Below are positions 18,922 through 28,795 of a stretch of 64,000 nt of DNA, in pieces. The stretch covers positions 64,001-128,000 of IMG/VR virus record IMGVR_UViG_3300033075_001536. The stretch is one strand, 5' to 3'. Both the position numbers and the translations under genes were made by a program. The notes under the pieces are model-generated. The model saw nothing but the letters and a program-made list of their open reading frames with translations. It was not told the origin of the DNA and ran no database searches. How positions within the stretch are numbered: position 1 is the first letter of the stretch; each line of letters begins with the position of its first letter. Source of the stretch: a virus (lineage: Duplodnaviria > Caudoviricetes).

Positions 18922-19459
18922 ATCCTCTGAAATTAAATTCTTCTTTTGGTAAATTTATATGAAATTTAACTGGTTTGAATATGAAATAGTGTATTCTAAC
19001 CCAAGTTACATCATCTGAATAGGAGGTTGAATAGAAATTATTAAAAAATTGATACCCCATTCCTTCAATTCTATCTTCAACTTCTTCAAGGACTTCTATC
19101 ATCTCATTTTTATGTTTTATATTAAATTCGGTTTCCTCACCAAGAGGTGCTGGAAATTCTCCTCTTTTTTTATACAAACCACTTGATGTAAAATCTCTAT
19201 CTAAAGTAACTACCATAAATTCACCAATTTTTCTAAGGACATATAATTTTTCATTACCAACAGAAGTATCATCAAATAGAAATTCGGTTCCGAGACTTCT
19301 TATAAACCTATCAGTATTGGTGTCTTGTCGTGTACCAGATTCATTAATAAAAGTATATTCAAATTTATATCCAAGATCCATCACTGGTATGAATATATTT
19401 TCAATATCTTCAGTATCAACTTCTTGGCTAAAATTTTCAAACAGAGAAATAAACTTCAT
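18914..19459 (-). CDS. Tagged hypothetical protein, paralogous family
   Basis: MKFISLFENF; EDIENIF..DLGY...DRIEGMGY. Confidence 0.78.
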   Translation of the reverse strand: MKFISLFENFSQEVDTEDIENIFIPVMDLGYKFEYTFINESGTRQDTNTDRFIRSLGTEFLFDDTSVGNEKLYVLRKIGEFMVVTLDRDFTSSGLYKKRGEFPAPLGEETEFNIKHKNEMIEVLEEVEDRIEGMGYQFFNNFYSTSYSDDVTWVRIHYFIFKPVKFHINLPKEEFNFRGSN

Positions 19460-19468
19460 GTGAAAAGT

Positions 19469-19924
19469 TTATTTTTTATAATTGGACCACCAAGTATCAA
19501 AGTCTTGATCACTCTCACCTTCATTATAATCCATACCAGCTTCAAAAGCATCCTGAGCTAACTTTTTGCGATTAATAGTGTAGTTATTTGTATCAAATGA
19601 TATTCTATCAGAATATGGTTCATTTTCTTCCTCTTCATCAAATTGATTATGTCTAACCTCATTCATGGACTCGGTAATAGATCCTTTAAAATAGGATTTT
19701 ACAATATCTACCACATCTTCATCATCGGACGGATAACATAATTCACCAGATTTATAGGTGATTCTACCACTGGAAACTAAATTTTGTAGAATAGATTCTG
19801 ATCCAAATAGATTTTCTTCATCTTGGGAAATTTGAATACAAACCATTTTATCATCTGTTTCAGATTCACTTTTAGTCGAATCAACCTGATTCTCATTCAC
19901 AAATTGTCCATATTTTTTGATCAT
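19469..19924 (-). CDS. Tagged acidic hypothetical protein
   Basis: MIKKYGQFVNE; internal ITES/MNE. Confidence 0.75.
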   Translation of the reverse strand: MIKKYGQFVNENQVDSTKSESETDDKMVCIQISQDEENLFGSESILQNLVSSGRITYKSGELCYPSDDEDVVDIVKSYFKGSITESMNEVRHNQFDEEEENEPYSDRISFDTNNYTINRKKLAQDAFEAGMDYNEGESDQDFDTWWSNYKK

Positions 19925-20028
19925 ACAACTATTATTGGTTTTTAGTATATATTAGTTTTTGTTTTAATAAATATGTTTATCCATGTATATAAGACAAAAA
20001 TCCATAATCCATATTTTATATATAGAAT

Positions 20029-20865
20029 ATGAAATGGAGTGATTATGAAGTAAAATATCTCATTGATAATTATGCTGAATTAGGACCAAAGTCTATTGGT
20101 GAAAAAATTGGTAGAAGCTTTGTATCTGTGACACATAAGGCAAATAGACTCGGAATAAAAATATCAAAGGAAAGAAAAAGTAAGGTGTGTAGTCAGAATA
20201 GTATAAAAAGAAGAGGTAAAAAAGAAAATTATAGAGTTGATGATATAACTAATAATATAAATGAGTATTCGTCCTATCTATTAGGACTGATATGGACAGA
20301 TGGATATCTATCTAAAAATAGAAATACGGTTGGCATAACAATGGTTAGTGATGACTTGAATAAGATTGAATGGATATTTTATAAAACTGGAAATTGGTAT
20401 AAACAATCCAGAAAGCGAAAAGGCAAAAGAGAATCAACATCACTAGATGCTTATAATCCAAATCTATACGATAGTCTTTGTTTGTTGGGATTCTTAGAAA
20501 AATCAAAAATATCTCCTTTCAAAGTATTTGAAATCATACCAAAAAACTATATAAAGTATTTTTTTAGAGGAATAATAGATGGTGATGGTTGTTTCTATGT
20601 TAATAAGAGACAATATACATATCAATTTTCTATATGTTCAACATATGATCAAGATTGGTCATTTTATATTTATTTTTTTAAAAATAAATTTATAGATTTT
20701 AAAATAAAAAGAAGAATACAAAATAAAAAAAGCAGATCATCAATTATACAAATTTGCAAAAAGTCAGAAATTAAGGAATTGATATATTTTGTGTATGATG
20801 GATATGACAGTGATAAAATAGGATTGAAAAGAAAATATGATAAAGCTATGAGTATTTTAAAATAA
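20029..20865 (+). CDS. Free-standing LAGLIDADG endonuclease with N-terminal HTH-like region
   Basis: YLLGLIWTDG and FFRGIIDGDG; ends LKRKY. Confidence 0.87.
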   Translation: MKWSDYEVKYLIDNYAELGPKSIGEKIGRSFVSVTHKANRLGIKISKERKSKVCSQNSIKRRGKKENYRVDDITNNINEYSSYLLGLIWTDGYLSKNRNTVGITMVSDDLNKIEWIFYKTGNWYKQSRKRKGKRESTSLDAYNPNLYDSLCLLGFLEKSKISPFKVFEIIPKNYIKYFFRGIIDGDGCFYVNKRQYTYQFSICSTYDQDWSFYIYFFKNKFIDFKIKRRIQNKKSRSSIIQICKKSEIKELIYFVYDGYDSDKIGLKRKYDKAMSILK

Positions 20866-20881
20866 TTATTATCTTAGCTAT

Positions 20882-21451
20882 ATGAATATTTGGTTTTTAT
20901 CAGACACACACTTTAGTCATACAAACATATCTGGTCCAAAAGTATCAAGTTGGGGATCTGGATATAGAACATTTGACAACATACATCAGATGAATGAGAC
21001 ACTTTTTAGGGAAATAAATGATGTTGCCAAAGAGGACGATATTATTTATTTTCTTGGAGATTTTTGTTTTGGTGATCATAGAAGAACACCAGAATATAGA
21101 AATAGAATTGTGTGTAAAACAATTCATTTTATTCGTGGTAATCATGATAATCATATCGACATTTATAAAGATTGTTTTTCTTCTATAAATGATGTTATGT
21201 TTATACAACATGGAAAGCAGAAAATTTTCCTATCTCATTACTCACATAGAGTTTGGCCTGGTAGTCATAAAGGCACAATACATTTATATGGACATTCACA
21301 CTCATCTATTCCAGACTTTGGAAAATCAATGGATGTTGGTGTGGACTCCTATTATAAATTATTTGGAAAATATAAACCATTTCATCTAAATGAAATATTA
21401 AACATAATGTCTAAGAAAGAAATAAAAACCGTTGATCATCACGAATCTTAA
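20882..21451 (+). CDS. Calcineurin-like metallophosphoesterase
   Basis: SDTHFSH, LGDF, GNHD, HLYGHSH, DVGVD. Confidence 0.92.
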   Translation: MNIWFLSDTHFSHTNISGPKVSSWGSGYRTFDNIHQMNETLFREINDVAKEDDIIYFLGDFCFGDHRRTPEYRNRIVCKTIHFIRGNHDNHIDIYKDCFSSINDVMFIQHGKQKIFLSHYSHRVWPGSHKGTIHLYGHSHSSIPDFGKSMDVGVDSYYKLFGKYKPFHLNEILNIMSKKEIKTVDHHES

Positions 21452-21454
21452 ATT

Positions 21455-21916
21455 ATGAATCCAAAAATGAAACCCATGGTTATTGAACTAATTGATAACC
21501 TATGTTCAGATACCGACACAGATGATTTAAAATGGAAGGAAGAAACCTTTTCTTCTAATAGAAGAAAAGAGAGATATTATTCTTGTGATTTATCTGGAAC
21601 CAAAGTTCAGGTTCGTGTGGAAATAAAAGAAGATCTATCTATGGGTGGAGGATGGATGTCTGTTGAGGATCCAAATTTAAGTGAAAGAATACTTGCCTTT
21701 GAGGTAGAGGTTCCTACCGTTAAGAAAATAGTAGGTGTTCTTTATAATAAATTTGTTTTACCCGAAAAAGTTAAAATACAACAAAAGGATGAAAGTGATT
21801 TGAAGACTATGGGTAATATTCTTGGAAAAACATCAATAAAAAATAAAAGAGATCGTAAACTAGGAGAGATTTTAGGAGACAATATTGTAGATAAAATAAA
21901 AGGTATTTTTAAGTAA
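21455..21916 (+). CDS. Hypothetical protein with RDRKLGEIL motif
   Basis: ORF in operon; motif near the C-terminus. Confidence 0.7.
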   Translation: MNPKMKPMVIELIDNLCSDTDTDDLKWKEETFSSNRRKERYYSCDLSGTKVQVRVEIKEDLSMGGGWMSVEDPNLSERILAFEVEVPTVKKIVGVLYNKFVLPEKVKIQQKDESDLKTMGNILGKTSIKNKRDRKLGEILGDNIVDKIKGIFK

Positions 21917-21918
21917 TA

Positions 21919-22779
21919 ATGAAAGATGTAAAAGGATTTTGCAGACTATTTGATATAAATGTTCCTTCTTTTAAGGAGATAGATTACTATTTGGATCAAC
22001 TATCCAAAACAGAAAAATATAAAAATATAAAAGATCTAGCAAATTTATATGAGGAAAACGAAAACCAGTTCGGGGATCTTTATCAAATTCGAACTGAAAA
22101 GTCAAAAAGCTTAATTGATTTTTTATCCATTTCTGATGCTTATACGGAAATGACATTCGATCTTATTGTTGATCTACCAACTAGTAAAGAATTTAAACCA
22201 GAGGAAAATAAAAAGTATTTTTCAGTGGATATTGTTCAAGCAAACTGGCAAGCACTTAAAAGGTATGACCATTTTAATAAATTGGGAAACTCCTATCCAG
22301 AATTTTTGAGAAGTTTTGGATTTCCAGAGGTATTGATACATTCAAAATTTTTAAGACAATTTATCTATGGAAATCTAAATCCAAAAAGGCAACAAAAAGT
22401 TCAAAGGATAATCATTCAAGAAATTGTCGAATTAGTTGGTGATCGTTTGAAATTGGAGTGTATTAAAAATGATGAGGTTATTTTCTCTTATGAGAACATA
22501 AATTTGGTAAATGAAGTTTCAAAAGAAATTGATTCATATAGGTTTAAGTCCAAATTATTTTCGGTTCGTCTGGTGGAAGATTTTAAGATTTATGAATATA
22601 TCAACAACAGAGGTGAGTTTTTATATAAAGAGCTAGTTGGATCAGATGGTCTTAAATTTTATATGAGATTAAAGAAATATATTCTAGATGAACCTTTAGA
22701 TATAAGAGATCTTTATTTTCATGTAAATGGTGAGGTAGCTATTTGGATGACAGAAAATTTGAAATTAGAATTGTCTTAA
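21919..22779 (+). CDS. Hypothetical protein, possibly a degenerate family-A polymerase-like domain
   Basis: FSVDIVQANWQAL, QFIYG, KNDEVIF loosely echo PolA motifs A, B and C. Confidence 0.55.
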   Translation: MKDVKGFCRLFDINVPSFKEIDYYLDQLSKTEKYKNIKDLANLYEENENQFGDLYQIRTEKSKSLIDFLSISDAYTEMTFDLIVDLPTSKEFKPEENKKYFSVDIVQANWQALKRYDHFNKLGNSYPEFLRSFGFPEVLIHSKFLRQFIYGNLNPKRQQKVQRIIIQEIVELVGDRLKLECIKNDEVIFSYENINLVNEVSKEIDSYRFKSKLFSVRLVEDFKIYEYINNRGEFLYKELVGSDGLKFYMRLKKYILDEPLDIRDLYFHVNGEVAIWMTENLKLELS

Positions 22780-23405
22780 TGGATCTTTTTGAAAAACCAA
22801 AAATTGATTTACAAAATATAACTTGTCACTCTGGTGGTGCTGAGGGTTCTGATACTGCTTGGGAAAAAATAGGTGAGAAATTTGGAGTAAAAACTAAATC
22901 CTATTCTTATAAAACTTCTTATCATCAATCTAAAAATAAAATTGAAATTTCAGAAGAGGACTATCAAGAGGGAATAAATGAGGTTAATAAAGCAAACAAG
23001 TGGCTTGCTAGATTTGGAATTCAAAAATATATGAATCTTTTGTCAAGAAATTGGGCTCAAGTAAAATATTCTAAAGAGATTTTCGCTATTGGATTTATTG
23101 TTGATCCTGGAAAAAAGGGGAATAAAGGATTCTATAATAAATCCAAATATCAGGTGGTAGATGGCGGAACTTCCTACTGTTGCCAAATGGCAATTAATCA
23201 TCTAAAGCCAGTTTTTGTATTTGATCAAAATAAGGATTTTTGGTTCAGATGGTCTTACTCCTCATTAAATTTTGTAAAATTAGATGACACACCATTTATA
23301 AGTGATCAAAATTTTGCTGGTGTGGGTACAAGGGAAATTCTACCTAATGGAATAATGGCTATTAGAAATGTATATGAAAAAACATTCAACACAAATCAAT
23401 CCTAA
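22779..23405 (+). CDS. SLOG/YspA-like nucleotide-binding protein
   Basis: HSGGAEGSD, GGT, KPVFVFD, FAGVGTR; likely start MDLFEKP. Confidence 0.6.
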   Translation: MDLFEKPKIDLQNITCHSGGAEGSDTAWEKIGEKFGVKTKSYSYKTSYHQSKNKIEISEEDYQEGINEVNKANKWLARFGIQKYMNLLSRNWAQVKYSKEIFAIGFIVDPGKKGNKGFYNKSKYQVVDGGTSYCCQMAINHLKPVFVFDQNKDFWFRWSYSSLNFVKLDDTPFISDQNFAGVGTREILPNGIMAIRNVYEKTFNTNQS

Positions 23406-24243
23406 TATGTTTAATGGAATTTATACTTCTTTTAGTTATACACAAATTGTCTAAATCACCTATGCGTTCAGGATCAATGTTATTAATAAATCCATAATAA
23501 ATAGATATTTTATGATCAATTGTTGGATATTTTTTATTAGACGCATTTAAATTTAAATTATTTAAAATATTTTCATTATCATAATAATCCAACCCATTCC
23601 AATTTTCAAATAATTGTTTTCTAATTCTATTTGTTTTATTTCTTACTTTTTTAGTATATAATTCAAATTCTGTTTTTTTATTATCCGGCACTTGTTGGTT
23701 ATTTTCTATTCTTTTTATTTTACCAATTTCACTAGCTACATAATTTACATTACCATATCTAATTAAATTTGTATTTTTCATTTTTTCTTGAACTTCTATT
23801 GATTTAGATGCCCAACTAACTCCGTAGTTTGATAAACTTGTTAATTTTGATTTTTCTTGTATCTCTTTTGATTGTGATGGATACTCTACCCCATATTTTT
23901 CTAAATTTGTAGCCTTTATTCTATCTTTAATTGTTTCAATTTGCAATACATTATTAACTCCGTATCTTTCTAAATTAGTTAATTTATTTTTAAATTTAGC
24001 ACAATTTGGAGAACAACAATATAAATTTCCATTATTATATGAGTGGATATATTCCCGATATGGCTTTTGTGAGACACTATCACAAATATCACACTTTACA
24101 TTTACTTTAGTGTGTGAGGTGGGTATTATGTCTAATATATTTATTTCATAATATTTATTGTTTTCTATATTTGAAATACATTGTTTATAGTGTTTAAAAT
24201 TTCTTGAATTAATTCTAATTATAACTTTTTCATCTAATATCAT
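23386..24243 (-). CDS. Putative HNH-type homing endonuclease with TNL.RYG repeats
   Basis: CDIC, four T(N/S)LxxYG repeats, TIDHKIS...NLCITKRSINS. Confidence 0.8.
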   Translation of the reverse strand: MILDEKVIIRINSRNFKHYKQCISNIENNKYYEINILDIIPTSHTKVNVKCDICDSVSQKPYREYIHSYNNGNLYCCSPNCAKFKNKLTNLERYGVNNVLQIETIKDRIKATNLEKYGVEYPSQSKEIQEKSKLTSLSNYGVSWASKSIEVQEKMKNTNLIRYGNVNYVASEIGKIKRIENNQQVPDNKKTEFELYTKKVRNKTNRIRKQLFENWNGLDYYDNENILNNLNLNASNKKYPTIDHKISIYYGFINNIDPERIGDLDNLCITKRSINSIKHIRIDLC

Positions 24244-24273
24244 ATACTATATATTAAAATTTTCAAGTAAAAA

Positions 24274-24762
24274 GTGATAGATATTGATATAGTTAAAATG
24301 AGGCGAGAAGAAATTGATGAGGTGGCTCAGCTGATTAGTGATGTATATGATTATGAAAAAATTTGGGACGGATATAGATTTGAATTAATAAAAAAAGACC
24401 TTGAATATGATTTTGCACTTGATGATAAAAAATTCCATCATAATCATGTTGATTTTGCTTTTTTTCTTGCTAAAAATGGTGAAAAAATAGTTGGAGTTGC
24501 AGGAATAAAAACATCACCTATGTCATCATCTGTTTTTGAATTATGTTGGGCAACAGTTATTCCTGAATTTCAAAGGAAAGGAGTTGGTTCTAAATTAATA
24601 AAAGCTAGGTTAGATTGGGCCAAAGAAAAAGAAGAACATTCGATCATTATGACAAATACTAGGTTTTTAAATCTTTTTGAAAAATTTAATTTTATAACTA
24701 TATTTGCCTACGAAAATGATCCAGACAGTCCTCTTGGTGGTTTATGCTATTTGCGATTATAA
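24274..24762 (+). CDS. GNAT acetyltransferase
   Basis: V.PEFQRKGVGSKL acetyl-CoA-binding motif. Confidence 0.88.
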   Translation: MIDIDIVKMRREEIDEVAQLISDVYDYEKIWDGYRFELIKKDLEYDFALDDKKFHHNHVDFAFFLAKNGEKIVGVAGIKTSPMSSSVFELCWATVIPEFQRKGVGSKLIKARLDWAKEKEEHSIIMTNTRFLNLFEKFNFITIFAYENDPDSPLGGLCYLRL

Positions 24763-24826
24763 TACTTCTCTATTGAACTTTTAGCAAAAAATCCATACAA
24801 TAGAAATTAAAAATAAAAATAAATTA

Positions 24827-25303
24827 ATGAAAAATTTTGTAACACAAAGGGGATATAAACAGTTGTTAGATCAACTAACAAACTTAAAAACAGTAGAATT
24901 TAAAAACTGTGTGAATGCTTTAACAGATGCTCGTGATAAGGGTGATATATCAGAAAATGCTGAATATGAAACTGCCAAAGAAGCATTTGATAATATTAAC
25001 AATAGAATATCTGAACTAGAGAATAAAATAAAAAACTCATCTATAATTTCATCAGCTGAAATAGATACTGATTCCGTTGGTATTTTATCTACGGTAAAAG
25101 TTAAAAATAATACTTACAACAAAGAGCAAAAATTTACTTTAGTTCCGGATAATGAAATTGATATAAAACTAGGTAAGATTTCTTACAATTCGCCTATCGG
25201 GGCTGCTTTAATTGGTAAGAAAGTCGGAGAATCTTTAAAAATAAAAGTTCCAAGTGGTGAGTTAAATATGGATGTGATTGAAATTACTGCTGAATATGTT
25301 TAA
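24827..25303 (+). CDS. greA: Transcription elongation factor GreA
   Basis: ARDKGDISENAEYETAK, ISYNSPIGAALIGKKVG. Confidence 0.95.
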   Translation: MKNFVTQRGYKQLLDQLTNLKTVEFKNCVNALTDARDKGDISENAEYETAKEAFDNINNRISELENKIKNSSIISSAEIDTDSVGILSTVKVKNNTYNKEQKFTLVPDNEIDIKLGKISYNSPIGAALIGKKVGESLKIKVPSGELNMDVIEITAEYV

Positions 25304-25313
25304 AAGATAAAAC

Positions 25314-25604
25314 ATGAACTACATAGAAACGAATCTTTATGATCTTATTAAGGAAAAAATTAAAGACTATAAAGGATACACTCTTTTTGAAATAAAGGAT
25401 AATGATCATATGGTAAATATTTTTCATTTTGAAACTAAAGAGGAATTTGATAATAATTTTGAAATGGTAAAACACGGATATTATCCAGGAAAATTTCCTC
25501 GACCTAAAAATATAACTAAAAGTTATGGGGATAGTGTTGAATGTTTAATAGATGGTGAGGAACATTATATTAATTTACGAAATTTTTATTTAGAGGTGGT
25601 ATGA
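25314..25604 (+). CDS. Hypothetical protein
   Basis: Tandem ORF overlapping the next start. Confidence 0.65.
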   Translation: MNYIETNLYDLIKEKIKDYKGYTLFEIKDNDHMVNIFHFETKEEFDNNFEMVKHGYYPGKFPRPKNITKSYGDSVECLIDGEEHYINLRNFYLEVV

Positions 25605-25936
25605 AAATAGAATGTATCTTTAGAGGAAAGAATTCACTCGGATATGAAAATGGTAAAAAATATAACCTATTCGTAGATTCCATTTCTATGTCAGGAACCT
25701 TTACTATTCAAGATACCAATCCTGTGTATGTACAAAAAGGCCAAAGATGTGAATATTCAAATATAAGAAGTTTTACTAATAATTGGGAAATCACAAATAC
25801 CGAATATGATCCAAGTTTGTATCTTGGAAAAGATGATAGTCATAGATTAATAAAAAATAACTATAATAAATATATCCAGGAAACATTTGGTAAATATATA
25901 CGAGACAAAAAATTAGAAAAGATTCTAAGTGAATAG
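25601..25936 (+). CDS. Hypothetical protein with C-terminal IRDKKLEKIL
   Basis: ORF in operon; motif. Confidence 0.7.
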   Translation: MKIECIFRGKNSLGYENGKKYNLFVDSISMSGTFTIQDTNPVYVQKGQRCEYSNIRSFTNNWEITNTEYDPSLYLGKDDSHRLIKNNYNKYIQETFGKYIRDKKLEKILSE

Positions 25937-26192
25937 AATTCAAAATATACATGAAGATATTCTAAAAAGACAACTTGATTTAGAAAGACTTCTTAAATTA
26001 CCTAAAACAAAATCTGATTTAATTTTAAAGTTATTTGATGATTTAATGGACTCTTTTAAAGATGGTAAATTTTCTCCTTCTACGGGTCAGTCAATGGATA
26101 TAAATCGTTTGGTTATTTTATATAATACTTTGGTAGATGAAGGTTGGTTAGTGACAAGAAGAGAAAAGAATTTAAATAAATTAACAGAGTAA
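25929..26192 (+). CDS. Hypothetical protein with C-terminal RREKNLNKL
   Basis: ORF in operon; motif. Confidence 0.68.
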   Translation: MNRIQNIHEDILKRQLDLERLLKLPKTKSDLILKLFDDLMDSFKDGKFSPSTGQSMDINRLVILYNTLVDEGWLVTRREKNLNKLTE

Positions 26193-26213
26193 TATTATAC
26201 TATATGTTATATC

Positions 26214-26405
26214 ATGATGTTGCAGCTTTTTATGAATGAGTATATAACAAAAGATGTTTTAAAGGATGTTGTTAAAGAACTTAACAAAGGATTTAAAGGA
26301 TGGCAAACCACTTTTTGTCAGAAGTGTGGTTTGGATTTACCAGGATATGGAATCTACTGTGTTCAGTGTAATAGAGACGAAAATATAAAAGAGATATTAA
26401 AATGA
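26214..26405 (+). CDS. Small zinc-ribbon protein with C-terminal RDENIKEIL
   Basis: CQKC...CVQC. Confidence 0.65.
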   Translation: MMLQLFMNEYITKDVLKDVVKELNKGFKGWQTTFCQKCGLDLPGYGIYCVQCNRDENIKEILK

Positions 26406-26788
26406 AAATTTCATTTGACTTTGATGGTACGATCTGGGACGAGTTTGACAAAACTCCGAATAGACAAAAAGATGAAATTGGTCGAATTTGTAAAGATTAC
26501 ATTCGCAAAGGACATGATGTTTATATTATAACAAAAAGGTGGGGACCTAAATTTAGAAATGAGGGTTTAAAAAACGAATGTGATATTGTCTATCAAGTTG
26601 GATTATCACTTGGAATAAAAAAGGAAAATATAATATTTACTGATCGATTGTGGAAAGATGTGACTATTAAAAATTTAGGAATTGAGATGCACTTTGAAAA
26701 TTCAGATATGGAAGTTAAAATGATTGAAAAGTTAGGAGTTAAAGTTGTTCCTGTGGAAGATCCATATTGGAGAGATTTGGTTTATTAA
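26402..26788 (+). CDS. HAD-superfamily protein
   Basis: ISFDFDGT, VYIIT.R, K, HFEN. Confidence 0.8.
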   Translation: MKISFDFDGTIWDEFDKTPNRQKDEIGRICKDYIRKGHDVYIITKRWGPKFRNEGLKNECDIVYQVGLSLGIKKENIIFTDRLWKDVTIKNLGIEMHFENSDMEVKMIEKLGVKVVPVEDPYWRDLVY

Positions 26789-26789
26789 T

Positions 26790-27022
26790 ATGAAATGCTA
26801 TTGTAAAAAAGTTGGAAAATTTTCAAAGGATCGAATTCTATAATTTTTAATCATGGACAGGAGTATGAATATAGTATAGGTGAACATGAAGAAACAAATA
26901 TTTTGGTATATACAATTCACAATAAAATGGATATTTTACCAGTGGTAGAGTCAAAATTTAGAATTTATTTTGATGATGCTAAGGAAAGAAGAAATAAAAC
27001 ATTAGAAGAGATTTTAAAATAG
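26790..27022 (+). pseudogene. Frameshifted small ORF with C-terminal ERRNKTLEEIL
   Basis: One extra A in the A6 run at 26805-26810 joins MKCYCKK to SWKIFKGS...KERRNKTLEEILK*. Confidence 0.55.
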
Positions 27023-27023
27023 G

Positions 27024-27443
27024 TTATTTAAAATAAAATATAACTTGTTGGTTGGTGTATAAAACATCTATTTGGAATCCTTTTCCAATTTCTTCTAATC
27101 TTTCATAGAACTCCTCAAATTCTTCAAGTTCCATTATTTTATCTAAAGCATAAGAATCTGCTTCTAAATCAGAATCAATATAGTGACTACCTTTAAATAA
27201 ATTGTCCCTTATTTTACTTATAATTGGATTAAAAACTTCAACCGATATCCACAAGTAATTCTTTATATCCTTTCTTATTTCCACTATATGACCTTCGTCT
27301 TGGAGAATGTGTATAATATTTTCAACCTCTGAAATAAGATCATTATTAATAGACTTTCTAGAACTTTTCTTGCTGAACTCATTGGCTGCTTTTGCAAATT
27401 TTTGCATATCATTAAAATTCTCAAACATTTTCAAATATTTCAT
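27024..27443 (-). CDS. Tagged hypothetical protein, paralogous family
   Basis: MKYLKMFENF; EVENIIHILQDEGH...ERLEEIG. Confidence 0.78.
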   Translation of the reverse strand: MKYLKMFENFNDMQKFAKAANEFSKKSSRKSINNDLISEVENIIHILQDEGHIVEIRKDIKNYLWISVEVFNPIISKIRDNLFKGSHYIDSDLEADSYALDKIMELEEFEEFYERLEEIGKGFQIDVLYTNQQVIFYFK

Positions 27444-27472
27444 ACGAAGTATATATTTAAAACAATTTTCAT

Positions 27473-27480
27473 TATATTTG
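27473..27480 (+). promoter_or_regulatory. Bacteroidota-type TAnnTTTG promoter element
   Basis: TATATTTG 10 nt upstream of 27491. Confidence 0.45.
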
Positions 27481-27490
27481 TAAAATATAT

Positions 27491-27979
27491 ATGGATGTGA
27501 AAACTTTTACAGATAGAATTGACGAATCGGTTTCTAACAAACCATTCAAACTTGGACTTGACTTCCACGGTGTAGTGGATGCTATACCAAGTTCATTTGC
27601 TTTTCTATCTAATGCTGTTGTTAATGCTGGTGGAGAAGTTCATATTCTAACTGGATCTTCTTGGACAGAGGGACTTACAAAGTATTTAAAAGATAATGGA
27701 ATAAATTGGACACATAGCTTTTCTATTTATGATTATCTAGTTCGATCAGAAGAGCAGGTAATAGGTGAAATTCAGTTTCCTGACGGAACGATTCAAAAGA
27801 AATTTCGGGATGCTGCTTGGGACAATGTCAAAGGTATCTATTGCAGAAAACACGATATATCTCTTCATATTGATGATACTCTAATTTATAATGATCATTT
27901 TTCAACTCCTTTTGCTAGATTATGGACGCACAATAACAAACCAAAGAAAGCTCATAAGGAAAAAAGACATCTGGACTAA
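27491..27979 (+). CDS. HAD-superfamily protein
   Basis: GLDFHGV, HILTG, K, HIDD. Confidence 0.75.
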   Translation: MDVKTFTDRIDESVSNKPFKLGLDFHGVVDAIPSSFAFLSNAVVNAGGEVHILTGSSWTEGLTKYLKDNGINWTHSFSIYDYLVRSEEQVIGEIQFPDGTIQKKFRDAAWDNVKGIYCRKHDISLHIDDTLIYNDHFSTPFARLWTHNNKPKKAHKEKRHLD

Positions 27980-27982
27980 TTT

Positions 27983-28441
27983 ATGGAAATTCAAAAATCT
28001 AAAAAACCACTAAGAATTTCAGCTGGTTGCCTTATCATATTAAATAAATCTAAAGTTCTTCTTGGTCATCCAAGTAATAATTCTTGGGCAAATTGTTTTT
28101 CTCCACCAAAAGGTGGAGTTGAGGAAGGGGAAACACTCTTAGAAGCTGCGATTCGTGAAACTAAAGAAGAGATGTCTATTGATATTACCCCTTCTATGAT
28201 TTCTAATTTAGATCTACCACATTTGATAGATTATTCTGATAAAAGTGGGAGAGTTTTTAAAAAAGTATATTTTTATGTGGTTCATATTCATTCAATTTCT
28301 CAAATTGGATTAGATAGTGAGGTATTGGAGAAATCTAATTTACAAATAGAAGAGCTAGATTGGGCTGGATTTTTGACCAAGTCGGATTTAAAGGATAAAG
28401 TTTTCCATCGTTTTTGGCCTTTAATAGACTCTCTGGTTTAA
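27983..28441 (+). CDS. NUDIX hydrolase
   Basis: PKGGVEEGETLLEAAIRETKEE. Confidence 0.92.
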   Translation: MEIQKSKKPLRISAGCLIILNKSKVLLGHPSNNSWANCFSPPKGGVEEGETLLEAAIRETKEEMSIDITPSMISNLDLPHLIDYSDKSGRVFKKVYFYVVHIHSISQIGLDSEVLEKSNLQIEELDWAGFLTKSDLKDKVFHRFWPLIDSLV

Positions 28442-28489
28442 AAACTTTAACCAATATTTAAAATATAAATAGAAAATTATATTTTATTT

Positions 28490-28795
28490 ATGGGAGCTAT
28501 AAAAAATTCATTAGATAATTTGATTGGAGAGGATATATTTCAATATACTCCAATAAATTTCGAAGAAAAAGAATCAGAATTTTTGGATTTAGATAACCCA
28601 ATTTTTATATATTATGTAAGTATAGGTGGTATGCCAAGGCAAAGAGCAGAGGAGGAAATATCAAAAGTGCGTGCAATGTTTAGATATAAAAATGCAACAA
28701 TTTGGATAGTTCCGACAGAAACAAAAACAACCATCGAATGTATTTGGAAAGGAAAAGAAGTAGAAAAGAATGAAAAAGCGAATAGAACTGTTTGA
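28490..28795 (+). CDS. Hypothetical protein
   Basis: ORF overlapping the next gene. Confidence 0.65.
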   Translation: MGAIKNSLDNLIGEDIFQYTPINFEEKESEFLDLDNPIFIYYVSIGGMPRQRAEEEISKVRAMFRYKNATIWIVPTETKTTIECIWKGKEVEKNEKANRTV

